A stretch of DNA of 64,000 bases from contig JBMOPW010000014.1 in the NCBI GenBank assembly GCA_049322915.1, forward strand, positions 637,527 to 701,526. Reading direction: 5' to 3'. The notes beneath the pieces were generated by a model that was given only the letters and a program-made list of their open reading frames with translations, was not told where the DNA came from and did no database searches. This document shows, in pieces, positions 50,267 to 61,234 of this stretch (position 1 is the stretch's first letter; the number at the start of each line of letters is the position of its first letter). Position numbers and translations under genes: made by a program. The stretch comes from Candidatus Zhuqueibacterota bacterium (lineage in GTDB: Bacteria > Zhuqueibacterota > Zhuqueibacteria > Thermofontimicrobiales > Thermofontimicrobiaceae).

Positions 50267-51091
50267 ATGAACAACTGGAGATTCCTCAACACGGGACTGC
50301 AAGATGGCTTCACGAACATGGCCATCGACGAGGTTTTGACGACGAAATCCGTTCCGGCCGATAAAAGTTCGATCTTCCGAATTTATGGCTGGAAGCCCTA
50401 TGCGATTTCTTTAGGTTACAACCAGGACGCCAACGAGTTGAACCTGGCCAAATGCAAAAAAAATGGAATTGATATTGTCCGACGCCCCACCGGCGGCAGG
50501 GCAGTCCTTCATGCGGAGGAGGTCACCTACAGCGTGATCATTCCGAAGAATTCTGATTTTTATTCCCAGGATATTTTAGCCACATACAATAAAATCAGTG
50601 AAGGATTGCTGGCCGGGCTTTTGTTGGCCGGCGTGAAAGCCGAACTGGTGGAGCGTTTTGCCAATGAAACCGAGAAGAGCTCTGCCTACAAAAATAGCAT
50701 CCCCTGTTTTTCGCATTCGGCCAAATACGAGATCGCGGTGCAGAATAAAAAGCTGGTTGGCAGCGCGCAGCGACGGTATGAGAATGCCATCTTACAGCAC
50801 GGCTCCATCCTCGTGGGCAAATATCATCTTCATCTTGCCGAATATATCCGGCAGGTGGATGAAAACCATGTGCTCGTTTTTCAGCAGGCCATGGAAAAGA
50901 AGACGATCTCTATTTCCGAAGTGCTGCCCCATGCGATCAGCTACGACAAGCTAATCTGGGCGATTAAGACCGGATTTCAGCAGCATTTTAATATTCACTT
51001 TTTCGAAGGCCAACTCACGCCGCGTGAGCGGATCGAAGTGAAAGCTATTGTTGGCAAATATAAAAAAGTCGTGTCAGAAGTTGTCGACTAG
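50267..51091 (+). CDS. Lipoate-protein ligase family protein (LipM/LplA-like)
   Basis: NMAIDE, SLGYNQ, RRPTGGRAVLH, KKLVGSAQRR, LQHGSI. Confidence 0.88.
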   Translation: MNNWRFLNTGLQDGFTNMAIDEVLTTKSVPADKSSIFRIYGWKPYAISLGYNQDANELNLAKCKKNGIDIVRRPTGGRAVLHAEEVTYSVIIPKNSDFYSQDILATYNKISEGLLAGLLLAGVKAELVERFANETEKSSAYKNSIPCFSHSAKYEIAVQNKKLVGSAQRRYENAILQHGSILVGKYHLHLAEYIRQVDENHVLVFQQAMEKKTISISEVLPHAISYDKLIWAIKTGFQQHFNIHFFEGQLTPRERIEVKAIVGKYKKVVSEVVD

Positions 51092-51233
51092 TCACGGCCT
51101 TGATAACTGCGGAGTCCTCATGAATTTTACAGATGAGATGCCTGTTTATCAGCTTCAACGATTACAGGTACGGATTGCTCCGCATGTTGGAAGGTTACCT
51201 TCAGAAAACCATACCAGAAATGGAGGCGTTTTT

Positions 51234-52079
51234 ATGAAAACAAAATATGGAATTGCCTTAGTCATCATGATGCTCTTCAGCGGATTGAGCAGCGTGTCGT
51301 ATGCCCAGGATTTGGATTTGGCGGCCATCATTACTCCGGCGAATAGTCAGGCGTCGGACGCCTTGTCCCAGGCCGAGGCCAATCTGGATGAAATTGTGGA
51401 TCCACTGCTCGATTTATTTGGCTTTTACACCGGCGGCGGTGTCTATCATTCCGCCAACGTGCACGGCATTGGTGGATTCGATGTGGGGGTTCGCGTTGTC
51501 TCCATGATGGTATCTGACGATCAAAAGCCAACGCTTCCTAACGGACAGTCCGAATTCAACGGCGGCGTCTTTCGCGATGTGGCGGCTGTGCCGCTGCCAG
51601 TGCTGCAACTGAGTTTGGGACTGCCGGGGAATCTGGAGGCGACCGGCCGATTTATGACCTACTCAATTGGCGAAGATGAAAAGAAGGGCAATGTGACCCT
51701 GGTCGGTGTGGGTTTGAAATACGGCGTGCTGCAGAATATGCTGTTACCCAAAGTCGCCCTTGCAGCGACCTACCACTATTTGACCGTGCCTGATGAATTT
51801 GATTTTAACACGGTGAACAGTTTCAATACATCGCTGATTGTGAGCAAAGGTTTCCTGCTCATCGATTTTTACGGCGGTCTGGGTTACGATTGGAATAAAT
51901 TCACGGCTGAGGTCGACCTGGGTTCCATTGGGACGATCAATAAAGATTACAGCAAAGGGAATTGGAGAGGGAATGTCGGTGTGAAAGTCAAACCATTTCC
52001 ATTGATCTACATTCATGCAGATTATGACTTCGGCCCGGTGAAAGGATTTAGCGCTGGCCTGGGAGTTAATTTCCTATAA
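51234..52079 (+). CDS. Putative outer-membrane beta-barrel protein
   Basis: GGAGG RBS, signal peptide, amphipathic beta strands, C-terminal GLGVNFL. Confidence 0.7.
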   Translation: MKTKYGIALVIMMLFSGLSSVSYAQDLDLAAIITPANSQASDALSQAEANLDEIVDPLLDLFGFYTGGGVYHSANVHGIGGFDVGVRVVSMMVSDDQKPTLPNGQSEFNGGVFRDVAAVPLPVLQLSLGLPGNLEATGRFMTYSIGEDEKKGNVTLVGVGLKYGVLQNMLLPKVALAATYHYLTVPDEFDFNTVNSFNTSLIVSKGFLLIDFYGGLGYDWNKFTAEVDLGSIGTINKDYSKGNWRGNVGVKVKPFPLIYIHADYDFGPVKGFSAGLGVNFL

Positions 52080-52088
52080 GAGAATATC

Positions 52089-52120
52089 AGCGCCCGGCGC
52101 TGCGAAAGCGACCGGGCGCT
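52089..52120 (+). terminator. GC-rich hairpin (possible terminator or stabiliser)
   Basis: AGCGCCCGG...CCGGGCGCT stem after stop; weak U tract. Confidence 0.45.
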
Positions 52121-52146
52121 TAAATTATGAATAGAATGTTTGTTTC

Positions 52147-53322
52147 ATGAAACGTATTACTTTACTCGGCTCGACCGGATCGATTGGCAGAAGTTGTCTT
52201 GATATTGTAAAAAACTATCCTGATGAATTTCGAATTGTAGCGCTTTCCACCCACCGACGGGTGGATTTGCTTTATGAGCAGTGTGTGTCATTCAAGCCGG
52301 ACATGGTTTGCATAACGGGCGACGATGTCCCGCTTGAAAGTTTTGAACGAATCAAACAGTTGGGAATTTCGGTTGTCGCCGGGAAAGAGGGATTGATTGA
52401 ACTGGCGTCGCTGCCAAATGTGGATATGCTGGTAAACGGGCTGGTTGGCGCCATCGGTCTCCTGCCCACGCTCACCGCGATCAACAGGAACGTCCATATT
52501 GCCCTGGCCAATAAAGAGACGCTGGTCATGGCCGGCGAAATTGTGACATCGCTGGCGCGCCAGAAGAATGTGCGCATTCTGCCGGTGGACAGCGAACACA
52601 GCGCCATTTTTCAATGCATCCGCGGGGAAAACGAATCGGATGTGTCGCGGCTTATCCTGACCGCTTCCGGTGGCCCGTTTCAAAGCTTGACGGCACGCGA
52701 GATGGAGCACGTCACTGTTGAACAGGCGCTCCAGCATCCCAACTGGTGTATGGGCAGTAAAATTACGATTGATTCGGCCACCATGATGAATAAAGGGCTG
52801 GAAGTGATTGAGGCTTACTGGCTTTTCCACATACCGCTCTCCCGAATTGAAGTCCTGATACACCCACAGTCGATTGTTCATTCTCTTGTCGAATTTGTCG
52901 ATGGTTCAGTGAAGGCGCAATTGGGGACGCCGGATATGCGCATTCCCATTCAATACGCGCTCACCTATCCGGAGCGCCGGCATCTTCAGTGCGAGCGAAT
53001 CTCGGTGAGCCAGCTTTCCGGACTCAGTTTTGAGCGACCGGACTTTCACAGATTTCCGGCATGCGCTCTGGCCTATGAATCGCTCGAAATGGGCGGCACA
53101 GCGCCAGCCGTACTGAACGCGGCCAATGAGATCGCTGTCAATTATTTCATTAACCGAAAGATAAAATTCACCCGGATTTCCCAATTGGTCGAGGACGCTG
53201 TCTATCACCATCGGCCGATTTCAGCGCCCAATCTGGATGATGTGCTGGCTGCGGATCTCTGGGCGCGCGAATTTGTAAAGGAACGGGTGGAAAAGAATGA
53301 GGTGCTGGTCGTCGCTTTTTGA
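52147..53322 (+). CDS. dxr: 1-deoxy-D-xylulose-5-phosphate reductoisomerase
   Basis: LGSTGSIG, LANKE, LPVDSEHSA, TASGGPF, HPNW.MG.KITIDSATMMNKGLE. Confidence 0.97.
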   Translation: MKRITLLGSTGSIGRSCLDIVKNYPDEFRIVALSTHRRVDLLYEQCVSFKPDMVCITGDDVPLESFERIKQLGISVVAGKEGLIELASLPNVDMLVNGLVGAIGLLPTLTAINRNVHIALANKETLVMAGEIVTSLARQKNVRILPVDSEHSAIFQCIRGENESDVSRLILTASGGPFQSLTAREMEHVTVEQALQHPNWCMGSKITIDSATMMNKGLEVIEAYWLFHIPLSRIEVLIHPQSIVHSLVEFVDGSVKAQLGTPDMRIPIQYALTYPERRHLQCERISVSQLSGLSFERPDFHRFPACALAYESLEMGGTAPAVLNAANEIAVNYFINRKIKFTRISQLVEDAVYHHRPISAPNLDDVLAADLWAREFVKERVEKNEVLVVAF

Positions 53323-53526
53323 GCCATTGCGCCGGCAAGGAGGTCGGCATTGGGAATGAACTCAAATCCCTGCGCGTGGCGATTCGTTGATGTCGGGGTG
53401 CGTCGCAGGCAGGCAGCGAGCGAAGGGACGATTCAAAATTTCATTAAGCATATTTTCTGCGATTCAGGTTCGATCCGGCGGGAAAGGCTTGTTAAATCAC
53501 ATCATGATTAGATACGGAGTGAATCC

Positions 53527-54798
53527 ATGGAAGCTGTAATTAGATTGATTATTGGGTTGGGAATATTGGTATTTGTCCATGAATTGGGGCATTTTATATT
53601 GGCGAAGCTGGTGGGTATTCGCGTCGAGCGTTTCTCACTGGGCTTTCCGCCGCGGATGGTCGGCAAGCAAATCGGGGAGACCGATTACTGCATTTCATGG
53701 GTTCCGCTCGGCGGCTATGTGAAAATGGCCGGCATGATCGACGAAAGCATGGATGCGGATTCCATCAAGGGCGAGCCGTGGGAATTCATGTCCAAACCGA
53801 TCTACCAGCGGTTTCTGGTGATTTTCGCCGGTCCGGCCATGAATATCCTTCTGGCTATTCTGATCTTCGGTTTGATCACCTACTTCACCGGCCTGAGAGA
53901 ATCGGTCGGCGTTTCAGTGGGTGAAATGAATCCCCGCATCGCAGCCGCCACCACCATGCAGCCGGGAGACATGATTCTTGGCATCAATGGCCAGACCGTG
54001 AAAACCTGGTCCGAAGTGTCCTCTCTGACCGACATGTCCGAGCCAATTAACGTGACATTCGAGCGCCACAAACAAGAATTGTCGGCAACATTTCATGCGT
54101 CGCTGCTGGATAGCATGGAACAAACCCTGCCCCCTGTGGTGGGTTCGCTGCAGGAAGATTTCCCGGCCGTAAAAGCCGGGATGCAGATCGGCGATAGAAT
54201 CGTCGCCATTGACAGCGACACCGTGAAAACCTGGTCCGATATGACCGACCTGATTCACAGCAAGCCCGAGCAGACGCTGCACATCACCTGGGAGCGGGAC
54301 GGCCAACTTATGGCTGCCGACATGACCACGTTAAAACAGACGGCCCAGGGAAAGATCATCGGCTTGATCGGCGTGGCGTTCCCGACAAAAGAGATTGATA
54401 TCAGCCTGGCCTACGCCCTGGGTCACGGCGCCCGTTATTCATGGCAGATCACTAAACTTATCGGATATTCCATTCAGATGATCATCACCGGCGAGCAGAA
54501 ATTTAAGGAAGCCTTTGCCGGCCCAATTATGATCGCCAAGCTTGCTAAAGACAGCGCCCGCGAGGGGGAATCCAACTTCATCGCCTTCATCGCGTTTCTG
54601 AGTTTGAACCTCGGCCTGTTGAATTTGCTGCCCATCCCGGTGCTGGATGGCGGCCACATTGTTTTCCTCGCCATCGAAGCCATTATCCGAAGACCGATTT
54701 CTCCCAAGGCAAAAATGGTCATTCAGCAGGTGGGCATGGCGCTCTTGTTAGCGTTCATGTTATTTGTCATTGTCAATGATATCAGGAGGATATTGTAA
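53527..54798 (+). CDS. rseP: RIP metalloprotease RseP
   Basis: HELGH, PLGGYV, AGP, two PDZ-like regions, NLLPIPVLDGG. Confidence 0.94.
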   Translation: MEAVIRLIIGLGILVFVHELGHFILAKLVGIRVERFSLGFPPRMVGKQIGETDYCISWVPLGGYVKMAGMIDESMDADSIKGEPWEFMSKPIYQRFLVIFAGPAMNILLAILIFGLITYFTGLRESVGVSVGEMNPRIAAATTMQPGDMILGINGQTVKTWSEVSSLTDMSEPINVTFERHKQELSATFHASLLDSMEQTLPPVVGSLQEDFPAVKAGMQIGDRIVAIDSDTVKTWSDMTDLIHSKPEQTLHITWERDGQLMAADMTTLKQTAQGKIIGLIGVAFPTKEIDISLAYALGHGARYSWQITKLIGYSIQMIITGEQKFKEAFAGPIMIAKLAKDSAREGESNFIAFIAFLSLNLGLLNLLPIPVLDGGHIVFLAIEAIIRRPISPKAKMVIQQVGMALLLAFMLFVIVNDIRRIL

Positions 54799-55148
54799 TC
54801 AGGCGCTCAGCCAATGAGCGCAGGCGACGCCGATTCGTGATATGGCGATTGGGCGAAAAGCTCCATCGTCCAGGGTGGTTGCAGCGCGCCTGTTCTATTC
54901 AGGAATGGTCATCCGTGAACCGGACGCTGACTTCAAAAGCGATAGTTTCTTAAGACAGGCGAATTGAAGCCATGTCGGAAATTTTTCCGGAGTGGAGAAT
55001 TCGCTTGACAATGAGATTTATTTTTACTATTTTTTTTAAAATTTAAAGCTGAGATTTCTAACTTCAGCCTTATTAAAAATTAAGAAACGATAAAACCACC
55101 TAATATTATTTTACTGAATGGGAGTTTTAAATTGGAAGGGGTAAGCGT

Positions 55149-56321
55149 ATGATGAATTTAGCTGAGAGAATGTCGCGCCTGGGTACCGAAACAGCCTTTG
55201 AAGTGCTGGCTAAAGCCAAAGCGCTGGAAGCCAAAGGCAAGGAGGTTGTTCACCTGGAAATTGGTGAGCCTGATTTTGATACCCCCAGAAACATCATTGA
55301 TGCAGCCATCAAGGCATTGAACGAAGGAAAGACCCACTATTGTCCAGCCGCAGGCATCCCTGAATTGCGGAATGCATTGGCAGCCGATATGAGCAAACTC
55401 AGAAATATTTCGATTTCACCCGATGAAATTGTGGTGACCCCTGGCGCAAAGCCCATCCTGTTTTTCACCATCCTGGCCCTCGTCAATGAAGGTGAGGAAG
55501 TGATGTACCCCAATCCGGGATTCCCCATCTACGAATCCGTCATCGACTTTATTGGCGCTAAATCGGTGCCCTATCCGCTGCGGGAAGAGCGCGAATTCAG
55601 TTTCGATATAGATGAATTTTTATCCCTGATTTCAGATAAAACCCGGCTGATCATTTTGAACACGCCCCAAAATCCCACGGGCGGAATTCTGACTCTGGAT
55701 GACCTCAAAGCCGTGGCCAAAGTGGCTCAGGAAAAAAATATTTACATCCTGTCCGATGAAGTGTATTTGAATATTATTTACGAGGGGAAGCATCACAGCA
55801 TCGCTTCGCTGCCGGGTATGAAAGAACGAACCGTCATTCTCGATGGCTTCTCGAAAACCTATGCCATGACCGGCTGGCGAATGGGGTACGGCGCTATGCC
55901 GACCCATCTGGCCAGCAAAGTGACTCAGTTGCAAATCAATAGCAATTCCTGCACCAGCACCTTCTCGCAATATGCGGCTGTGGAAGCGATCCTGGGGCCG
56001 CAGAATGAGGTCCACAAAATGGTGGCTGAATTTAAAAAACGACGCGATGTGATTGTGGATGGTCTGAATGCAATTGACGGGGTTTCCTGCCTGAAGCCGC
56101 ACGGCGCGTTTTACGTTTTCCCCAATATCAAACAGTTGGGCATGGATGGCAAGAAATTTTCTGAATTGCTGCTGGAAAAATACGGCGTGGCCGCTCTCTC
56201 CGGCACCGCATTTGGCAAATATGGCGCTGGTTATTTGAGATTTTCGTATGCGAATTCTGTGGAAAATATTAAAAAGGCATTGGAACGAATTGAACAGGCT
56301 ATGACTGATTTGAAAAAGTAA
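55149..56321 (+). CDS. PLP-dependent class I aminotransferase (aspartate aminotransferase-like)
   Basis: IGEPDF, NPTG, SDEVY, FSKTYAMTGWRMGY, GAFY, LRFSY. Confidence 0.92.
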   Translation: MMNLAERMSRLGTETAFEVLAKAKALEAKGKEVVHLEIGEPDFDTPRNIIDAAIKALNEGKTHYCPAAGIPELRNALAADMSKLRNISISPDEIVVTPGAKPILFFTILALVNEGEEVMYPNPGFPIYESVIDFIGAKSVPYPLREEREFSFDIDEFLSLISDKTRLIILNTPQNPTGGILTLDDLKAVAKVAQEKNIYILSDEVYLNIIYEGKHHSIASLPGMKERTVILDGFSKTYAMTGWRMGYGAMPTHLASKVTQLQINSNSCTSTFSQYAAVEAILGPQNEVHKMVAEFKKRRDVIVDGLNAIDGVSCLKPHGAFYVFPNIKQLGMDGKKFSELLLEKYGVAALSGTAFGKYGAGYLRFSYANSVENIKKALERIEQAMTDLKK

Positions 56322-56347
56322 TCTGGACTGAAGAAAGGAAGCATACT

Positions 56348-57436
56348 TTGGAAATAAAGAAGACTGCGTTGTACGAGACGCATGTGAAACTTGGAGCGAA
56401 GATCGTCGAGTTTGCCGGCTTTTACATGCCCATTCAATACAAAGGGATAAATGAAGAGCATATCAGAATTCGCACCAGCGTTGGACTGTTCGATGTGTCG
56501 CACATGGGTGAGTTCGAAGTTACAGGTCCTGCGGCCGAGGACTTTCTGCAGTACATGACTTTAAACGATGTCAAAACGCTGAACACGTACCAGGCGCAAT
56601 ACTCCGCCATGTGCTACGAGGATGGCGGCATTGTGGATGATCTGTTGGTGTATCGGCTACCCGATCGGTTTTTGATTGTTGTCAATGCGGCCAATTTGCA
56701 GAAAGATTTTGACTGGCTGCAAAATCACCTCAGAAAGGGTGTGACGCTGAAAGACCGCAGCGATGAATTTACATTAATCGCCGTGCAGGGGAGAAGAGCA
56801 ATCGATACCCTGCAAAAATTGACCGATGTGAAATTGGCTCAGATAAATACCTACTGGTTCGGTGAGGGGAAGCTGGCCGATGTTCCGATGATCATCGCAC
56901 GGACTGGCTACACCGGCGAAGACGGCTTTGAACTGATGCTGCCTCCGGACAAGTCTGTACACGTCTGGGACGCTCTGATGGATGCCGGCCGCGAGTTCGA
57001 CGTGGAGCCCATTGGGCTCGGCGCCAGAGATACCCTGCGCATGGAAGTGAAGTACTGCCTGTACGGGAACGATATCGATCAGACAACCAATCCACTGGAA
57101 GCCGGGCTGGGATGGATCACTAAAATCGATAAAGGTGATTTCATCGGCCGAAACGCCATCGTCGCCGTGAAAGAAGCAGGACTGAAGCGAAAATTAATCG
57201 GATTTGAACTGGAAGGAAAAGCGATTCCGCGGCATGGGTATCCCATTGCCAAAAACGAGAAAACGATCGGCGTGGTCACCAGCGGAATGTTCTCTCCGAT
57301 ATTGAAACAGCCGATTGGTTTGGGCTATGTTGAAGCAGGCTCCTCCAAAGTTGGCGATCAATTTGATGTGGATATTCGCGGACGAAAGATCCCTGCCCGC
57401 GTCGTGAAAACTCCATTCTATAAAAGGGACTATTAG
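56348..57436 (+). CDS. gcvT: Glycine cleavage system aminomethyltransferase T
   Basis: GLFDVSHMG, RTGYTGEDGFE, GLGARDTLRME, TSG..SP. Confidence 0.96.
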   Translation: MEIKKTALYETHVKLGAKIVEFAGFYMPIQYKGINEEHIRIRTSVGLFDVSHMGEFEVTGPAAEDFLQYMTLNDVKTLNTYQAQYSAMCYEDGGIVDDLLVYRLPDRFLIVVNAANLQKDFDWLQNHLRKGVTLKDRSDEFTLIAVQGRRAIDTLQKLTDVKLAQINTYWFGEGKLADVPMIIARTGYTGEDGFELMLPPDKSVHVWDALMDAGREFDVEPIGLGARDTLRMEVKYCLYGNDIDQTTNPLEAGLGWITKIDKGDFIGRNAIVAVKEAGLKRKLIGFELEGKAIPRHGYPIAKNEKTIGVVTSGMFSPILKQPIGLGYVEAGSSKVGDQFDVDIRGRKIPARVVKTPFYKRDY

Positions 57437-57613
57437 AAGCACGGCTGCCGGATTCGGCTCTGGAATCTCATATCGCGAATGTCGCTGGGACGGTAATAAT
57501 CGGTAGCGTAATTCGCGATTTTTATAAAAGAGCCATCGTGGGGATGGTTGCTGAGCAGGATAAAATGACTTAAGTGTGTCTTTCGTTTTGTGACTTAAGC
57601 ACAGGATTCAGGG

Positions 57614-59938
57614 ATGGACAATAAGAAAAAATTTAAAGCCGTTGGTCTGCTGTTGATTTCCCTGGGAATTTTTATCTTCCTGAGTTTGTACTATTTTGAC
57701 CCGACCGATGTCGAAGATGTGAGCGTGAATAACGTGAAGCATGCCATGGGCTTCATCGGTTTCAAGGTTTCGGCTTTTCTTTTTCGGCAGACGATTGGCT
57801 GGGCCAGCTACATTTTTCCCATCCTGATTATTCTCTGGGGAATCAATCAACTCCTGAAAACGAAATTAAAATGGCTCAGAAAAGTCTCTTTATACACGAT
57901 GCTGTTCGGTTTGTACGTATCAGTGGGCTGGGCGCTGATTGAGTTGATAAAAATTTCCGCATCCGGGACGCCGAACGAGATCAATATGACCCATGAAAAC
58001 TGGGGCAAGATTGGCGCCCTGATCGGCGATGCTTTTTATGGCCTGTTTGGGACCATCGGATCTGTGGTTATTTTCCCAACTATCTTCGTCGTGACCGTGC
58101 TGTTAGCCGTTGATATCAAATTCGATAAGCTCTTTCAAAAACTGGACAGGGAATTCAAGAAGGCGCTGGCCCATCTGTTTTTGAAATACGACCCACGTAT
58201 GTTCAAGCCCACGCGGCCGACCCCCACGCTGAATGAAATATTTGGGAGAAAGTCCGGGGAAAAGGAGAGTTCCCCTGAATCCGCGGACGTCCCGTTTCAG
58301 GATAGCGAGGAAGTGGACATGGAAGAGCCGCCCGGGGATTTCGTTCGTCCCGGCGTCGAGAAGCCGGTCGCTGATGTCGAGAGGGAAAGCCGCCGGCCCG
58401 AAAGGCCTGTCCCGGGGACTGAGCCTGCTCCAGCGACGAGAACAACCCGAAAGTATTATTATCCGTCTGTCCAGCTCTTGGATGAACCGCCGGTTGAGGC
58501 CGAAGATGAAGTGACCTGGGATGAGCTCATGAGCAGCGCGAAAATCCTCGAGGAAAAGCTGCTCGATTTTGGAATCCAGGGTAAAGTGGTGGAAATCAAC
58601 CCGGGTCCGGTCATCACCCGATTCGAGATTGAACCAGCTCCCGGCGTAAAAATCAGTCGTTTCACCAGTCTGGCGGATGATCTGGCGCTGGTCATGCGCG
58701 CGAAACGGATCCGCGTGGTGGCGCCCATCCCGGGAAAGGCTGCTGTCGGCATTGAAATCCCGAACCGAAAACCATCCATTGTTTTTCTGCGCAGCGTGCT
58801 GGATTCTTCCAAATTCAAATCGGCAAATTCCCCGCTGACCATGGCCCTGGGCAAGACCATTGCCGGAGATATTTTTATCGATGATTTGGCGCGAATGCCG
58901 CATCTGCTCATTGCCGGCGCGACCGGGGCAGGAAAAAGCGTCTGCCTGAACACCATCATCGCCAGCATTCTGTACAAGTCGCTGCCGTCGCAGGTGCAAT
59001 TCGTCATGATCGATCCGAAACGGCTGGAACTGAGCGGCTATGCGGCGCTGAAACATCATCATCTCACCTATCGGGATGACCTGCAGGAGGAGGTGATCAC
59101 CAATCCATCCAATGCAGTGGCGATTCTCCGCAGTCTGGAGATGGAAATGGAGCGGCGGTACGAGCTCCTGGCGCGTGCCGGCGTTCGCAACATTGAGGAT
59201 TATAATCAGTGGATAAAAAATATGCCGCCTTCGCAGCAGGAAGAAAATCAGAGCCATCGACACCTGGAATATATTGTGCTGATCATCGACGAGTTGGCCG
59301 ACCTGATGGTGACTGCTGCGCGGGAAGTGGAAGAACCCATTGCGCGGCTCACTCAAATGTCCCGGGCCGTGGGCATTCACTTGATTGTTGCCACCCAGCG
59401 GCCATCTGTCGACGTCATTACCGGCGTGATTAAGGCCAATTTCCCGGCGCGCATCGCGTTTCAGGTCGCTTCGAAAACAGACTCCCGCACCATTCTGGAT
59501 ATGAACGGAGCGGAGAAATTGTTAGGCCGCGGGGACATGCTGTTCATACCGCCGGGAAGCCCGGAGCCGATTCGCATTCACTCTCCGTTCATTTCTCACG
59601 AAGAAGTGAAACGGATTATCGAACATATCCGTCAGCAACCTGCTCAGGATCCAAAGACCAAACTGCCCACTGAAAATGATGATATGGTCTCCAATACCGC
59701 CAGAAAATTGCGCAACAGCGACCGGGACGAGTTGTTCAATGAGGCGTTGAAACTGGTCGTCAGGCACCAGCAGGGATCGGTCTCGCTACTGCAACGCCGC
59801 CTGAAAATTGGTTATGCCCGCGCAGCCCGGCTCATCGATCAACTGGAAGACGCCGGTTATGTGGGCCCGTTTGATGGGAGCAAGGCGCGCGAGGTCCTGG
59901 TTGATGAAGAACAGCTCATTGAATTGGGACTTATTTAA
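57614..59938 (+). CDS. ftsK: DNA translocase FtsK
   Basis: 4TM N-terminus, MPHLLIAGATGAGKS, IDELADLM, ATQRPS, gamma domain SLLQRRLKIGYARAAR. Confidence 0.96.
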   Translation: MDNKKKFKAVGLLLISLGIFIFLSLYYFDPTDVEDVSVNNVKHAMGFIGFKVSAFLFRQTIGWASYIFPILIILWGINQLLKTKLKWLRKVSLYTMLFGLYVSVGWALIELIKISASGTPNEINMTHENWGKIGALIGDAFYGLFGTIGSVVIFPTIFVVTVLLAVDIKFDKLFQKLDREFKKALAHLFLKYDPRMFKPTRPTPTLNEIFGRKSGEKESSPESADVPFQDSEEVDMEEPPGDFVRPGVEKPVADVERESRRPERPVPGTEPAPATRTTRKYYYPSVQLLDEPPVEAEDEVTWDELMSSAKILEEKLLDFGIQGKVVEINPGPVITRFEIEPAPGVKISRFTSLADDLALVMRAKRIRVVAPIPGKAAVGIEIPNRKPSIVFLRSVLDSSKFKSANSPLTMALGKTIAGDIFIDDLARMPHLLIAGATGAGKSVCLNTIIASILYKSLPSQVQFVMIDPKRLELSGYAALKHHHLTYRDDLQEEVITNPSNAVAILRSLEMEMERRYELLARAGVRNIEDYNQWIKNMPPSQQEENQSHRHLEYIVLIIDELADLMVTAAREVEEPIARLTQMSRAVGIHLIVATQRPSVDVITGVIKANFPARIAFQVASKTDSRTILDMNGAEKLLGRGDMLFIPPGSPEPIRIHSPFISHEEVKRIIEHIRQQPAQDPKTKLPTENDDMVSNTARKLRNSDRDELFNEALKLVVRHQQGSVSLLQRRLKIGYARAARLIDQLEDAGYVGPFDGSKAREVLVDEEQLIELGLI

Positions 59939-60041
59939 TTTTATACCAATAATTCTAAAATAGATACGTTAAGTACCACTCTTCAAATATTGAAATTTGG
60001 TCGTTGGTATTTATCACTACATAGTCAGATTACCCTTCGCC

Positions 60042-60184
60042 TGTCATTTCCGCTGGAATTCCTTCGATCTCCTGCGCGTTTTTTGCAGGAATCTCATTCT
60101 TAATCGTAAGGAGATTCCCGCTAAAAGCAAAGTCTGCCTTCATCTAAAAATAAAATGCAACTTTGCAGGCATGCGGGAATGACA
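60042..60184. repeat. GTCATTCCCGC/GCGGGAATGAC-type palindromic repeat
   Basis: TGTCATTTCCGC ... GCAGGAATCTC ... GAGATTCCCGC ... GCGGGAATGACA nested inverted arms. Confidence 0.65.
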
Positions 60185-60314
60185 AAAACGGAGGTGATGA
60201 TGCTTCGTATTTCGGGACGTTTTTTAATTTGACTATGTAGAATTATTTGTGATTTAAAAATTCTGGTTATGAGCATATCAAATTTCACCTGTAAAAAAGA
60301 ATTTGAGGTTTCCA

Positions 60315-60974
60315 ATGAATAAATTAAAAGAGATAGCGACGTACATCCTACTCGCGACAATGCTGCTGTTGCAGGGTGCGGAAGCACTTTGCGCTGGCGA
60401 TAAAAAAGCAGAAGACATTATTGATCAGGCAAAGAAGAAGTACGATGAGTTGAAATCGCTCAAAGCAAGTTTCACCCAGGAATTTCAATGGAAACTGGCT
60501 GAAAATATTCATCAACAGCAGGGGACCATCTGGCTCAAGGGGAAAGATAAATTTAAAATCGAAACGCAGGATCAAGTCGTTGTTTCCGATGGCGTGAATG
60601 TCTGGACGTATTCGGCGGCTAACAAGCAGGTCATCATCGATCTCGTGGACAAGAGCGCCGATATCACATTGCCAAAGGATTTGCTCCTGAGTTATTCGAA
60701 GCGCTACATCCCGAAATATCTTTCCATTGAAAAGATCGGCGCTATCGATTGCCACGTCATTGAACTGACGTCGGATATGGAAGATATATTCATCACCTAT
60801 ATGAAAATATGGATCAACAGCGATACATTGATCCCGGCGAAGATTCAGCAGACAGATCTGAACGAAAATATAAATACGTATATTCTCTCCGGCATTGAAA
60901 TTGATACGCCAATGCCTGACGATCTTTTTCACTATAAATCTCAAAGTGATGTTGAAGTCATCGATATGCGGTGA
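60315..60974 (+). CDS. lolA: Outer-membrane lipoprotein carrier LolA-like protein
   Basis: Signal peptide; SLKASFTQ, G.IWLK..KFKI, VSDG..VW.Y..NKQV; follows ftsK as usual. Confidence 0.85.
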   Translation: MNKLKEIATYILLATMLLLQGAEALCAGDKKAEDIIDQAKKKYDELKSLKASFTQEFQWKLAENIHQQQGTIWLKGKDKFKIETQDQVVVSDGVNVWTYSAANKQVIIDLVDKSADITLPKDLLLSYSKRYIPKYLSIEKIGAIDCHVIELTSDMEDIFITYMKIWINSDTLIPAKIQQTDLNENINTYILSGIEIDTPMPDDLFHYKSQSDVEVIDMR

Positions 60975-61100
60975 GCCTGCTGACAATCCCTGTTAGTCTG
61001 ATTTAAGCATGGTAAATTACTCTCTTTTTCAACGTGTTATACCATTTTAACTTTTATGTGGCATCGATAGGTGGCTGTTCCGTATCAACGCTGAGTATCT

Positions 61101-61234
61101 GCCACGAAGACACGAAGCCGCTAAGAGAGTAAAATACAAACAACGTGTACCGAATAATTCCTTTTATTGAATTCCTTTTCAGTCAAGAATTGCAAAATGC
61201 TCGGGCTATCTTGGTGTCTTGGCGCCTTTAAGGC
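61101..61234. repeat. CCACGAAG octamer inverted-repeat element
   Basis: GCCACGAAGACACGAAGCCGCTAAG ... CTTGGTGTCTTGGCGCCTTTAAGGC. Confidence 0.6.

Noticed and set aside
54800..55148. Glycine riboswitch upstream of aminotransferase-gcvT
   Set aside because: Could not find the conserved GGAGA/CCGAAG/CTCTCAGG aptamer arrangement
58103..59380. 425-aa minus-strand ORF
   Set aside because: Antisense to the ftsK motor domain
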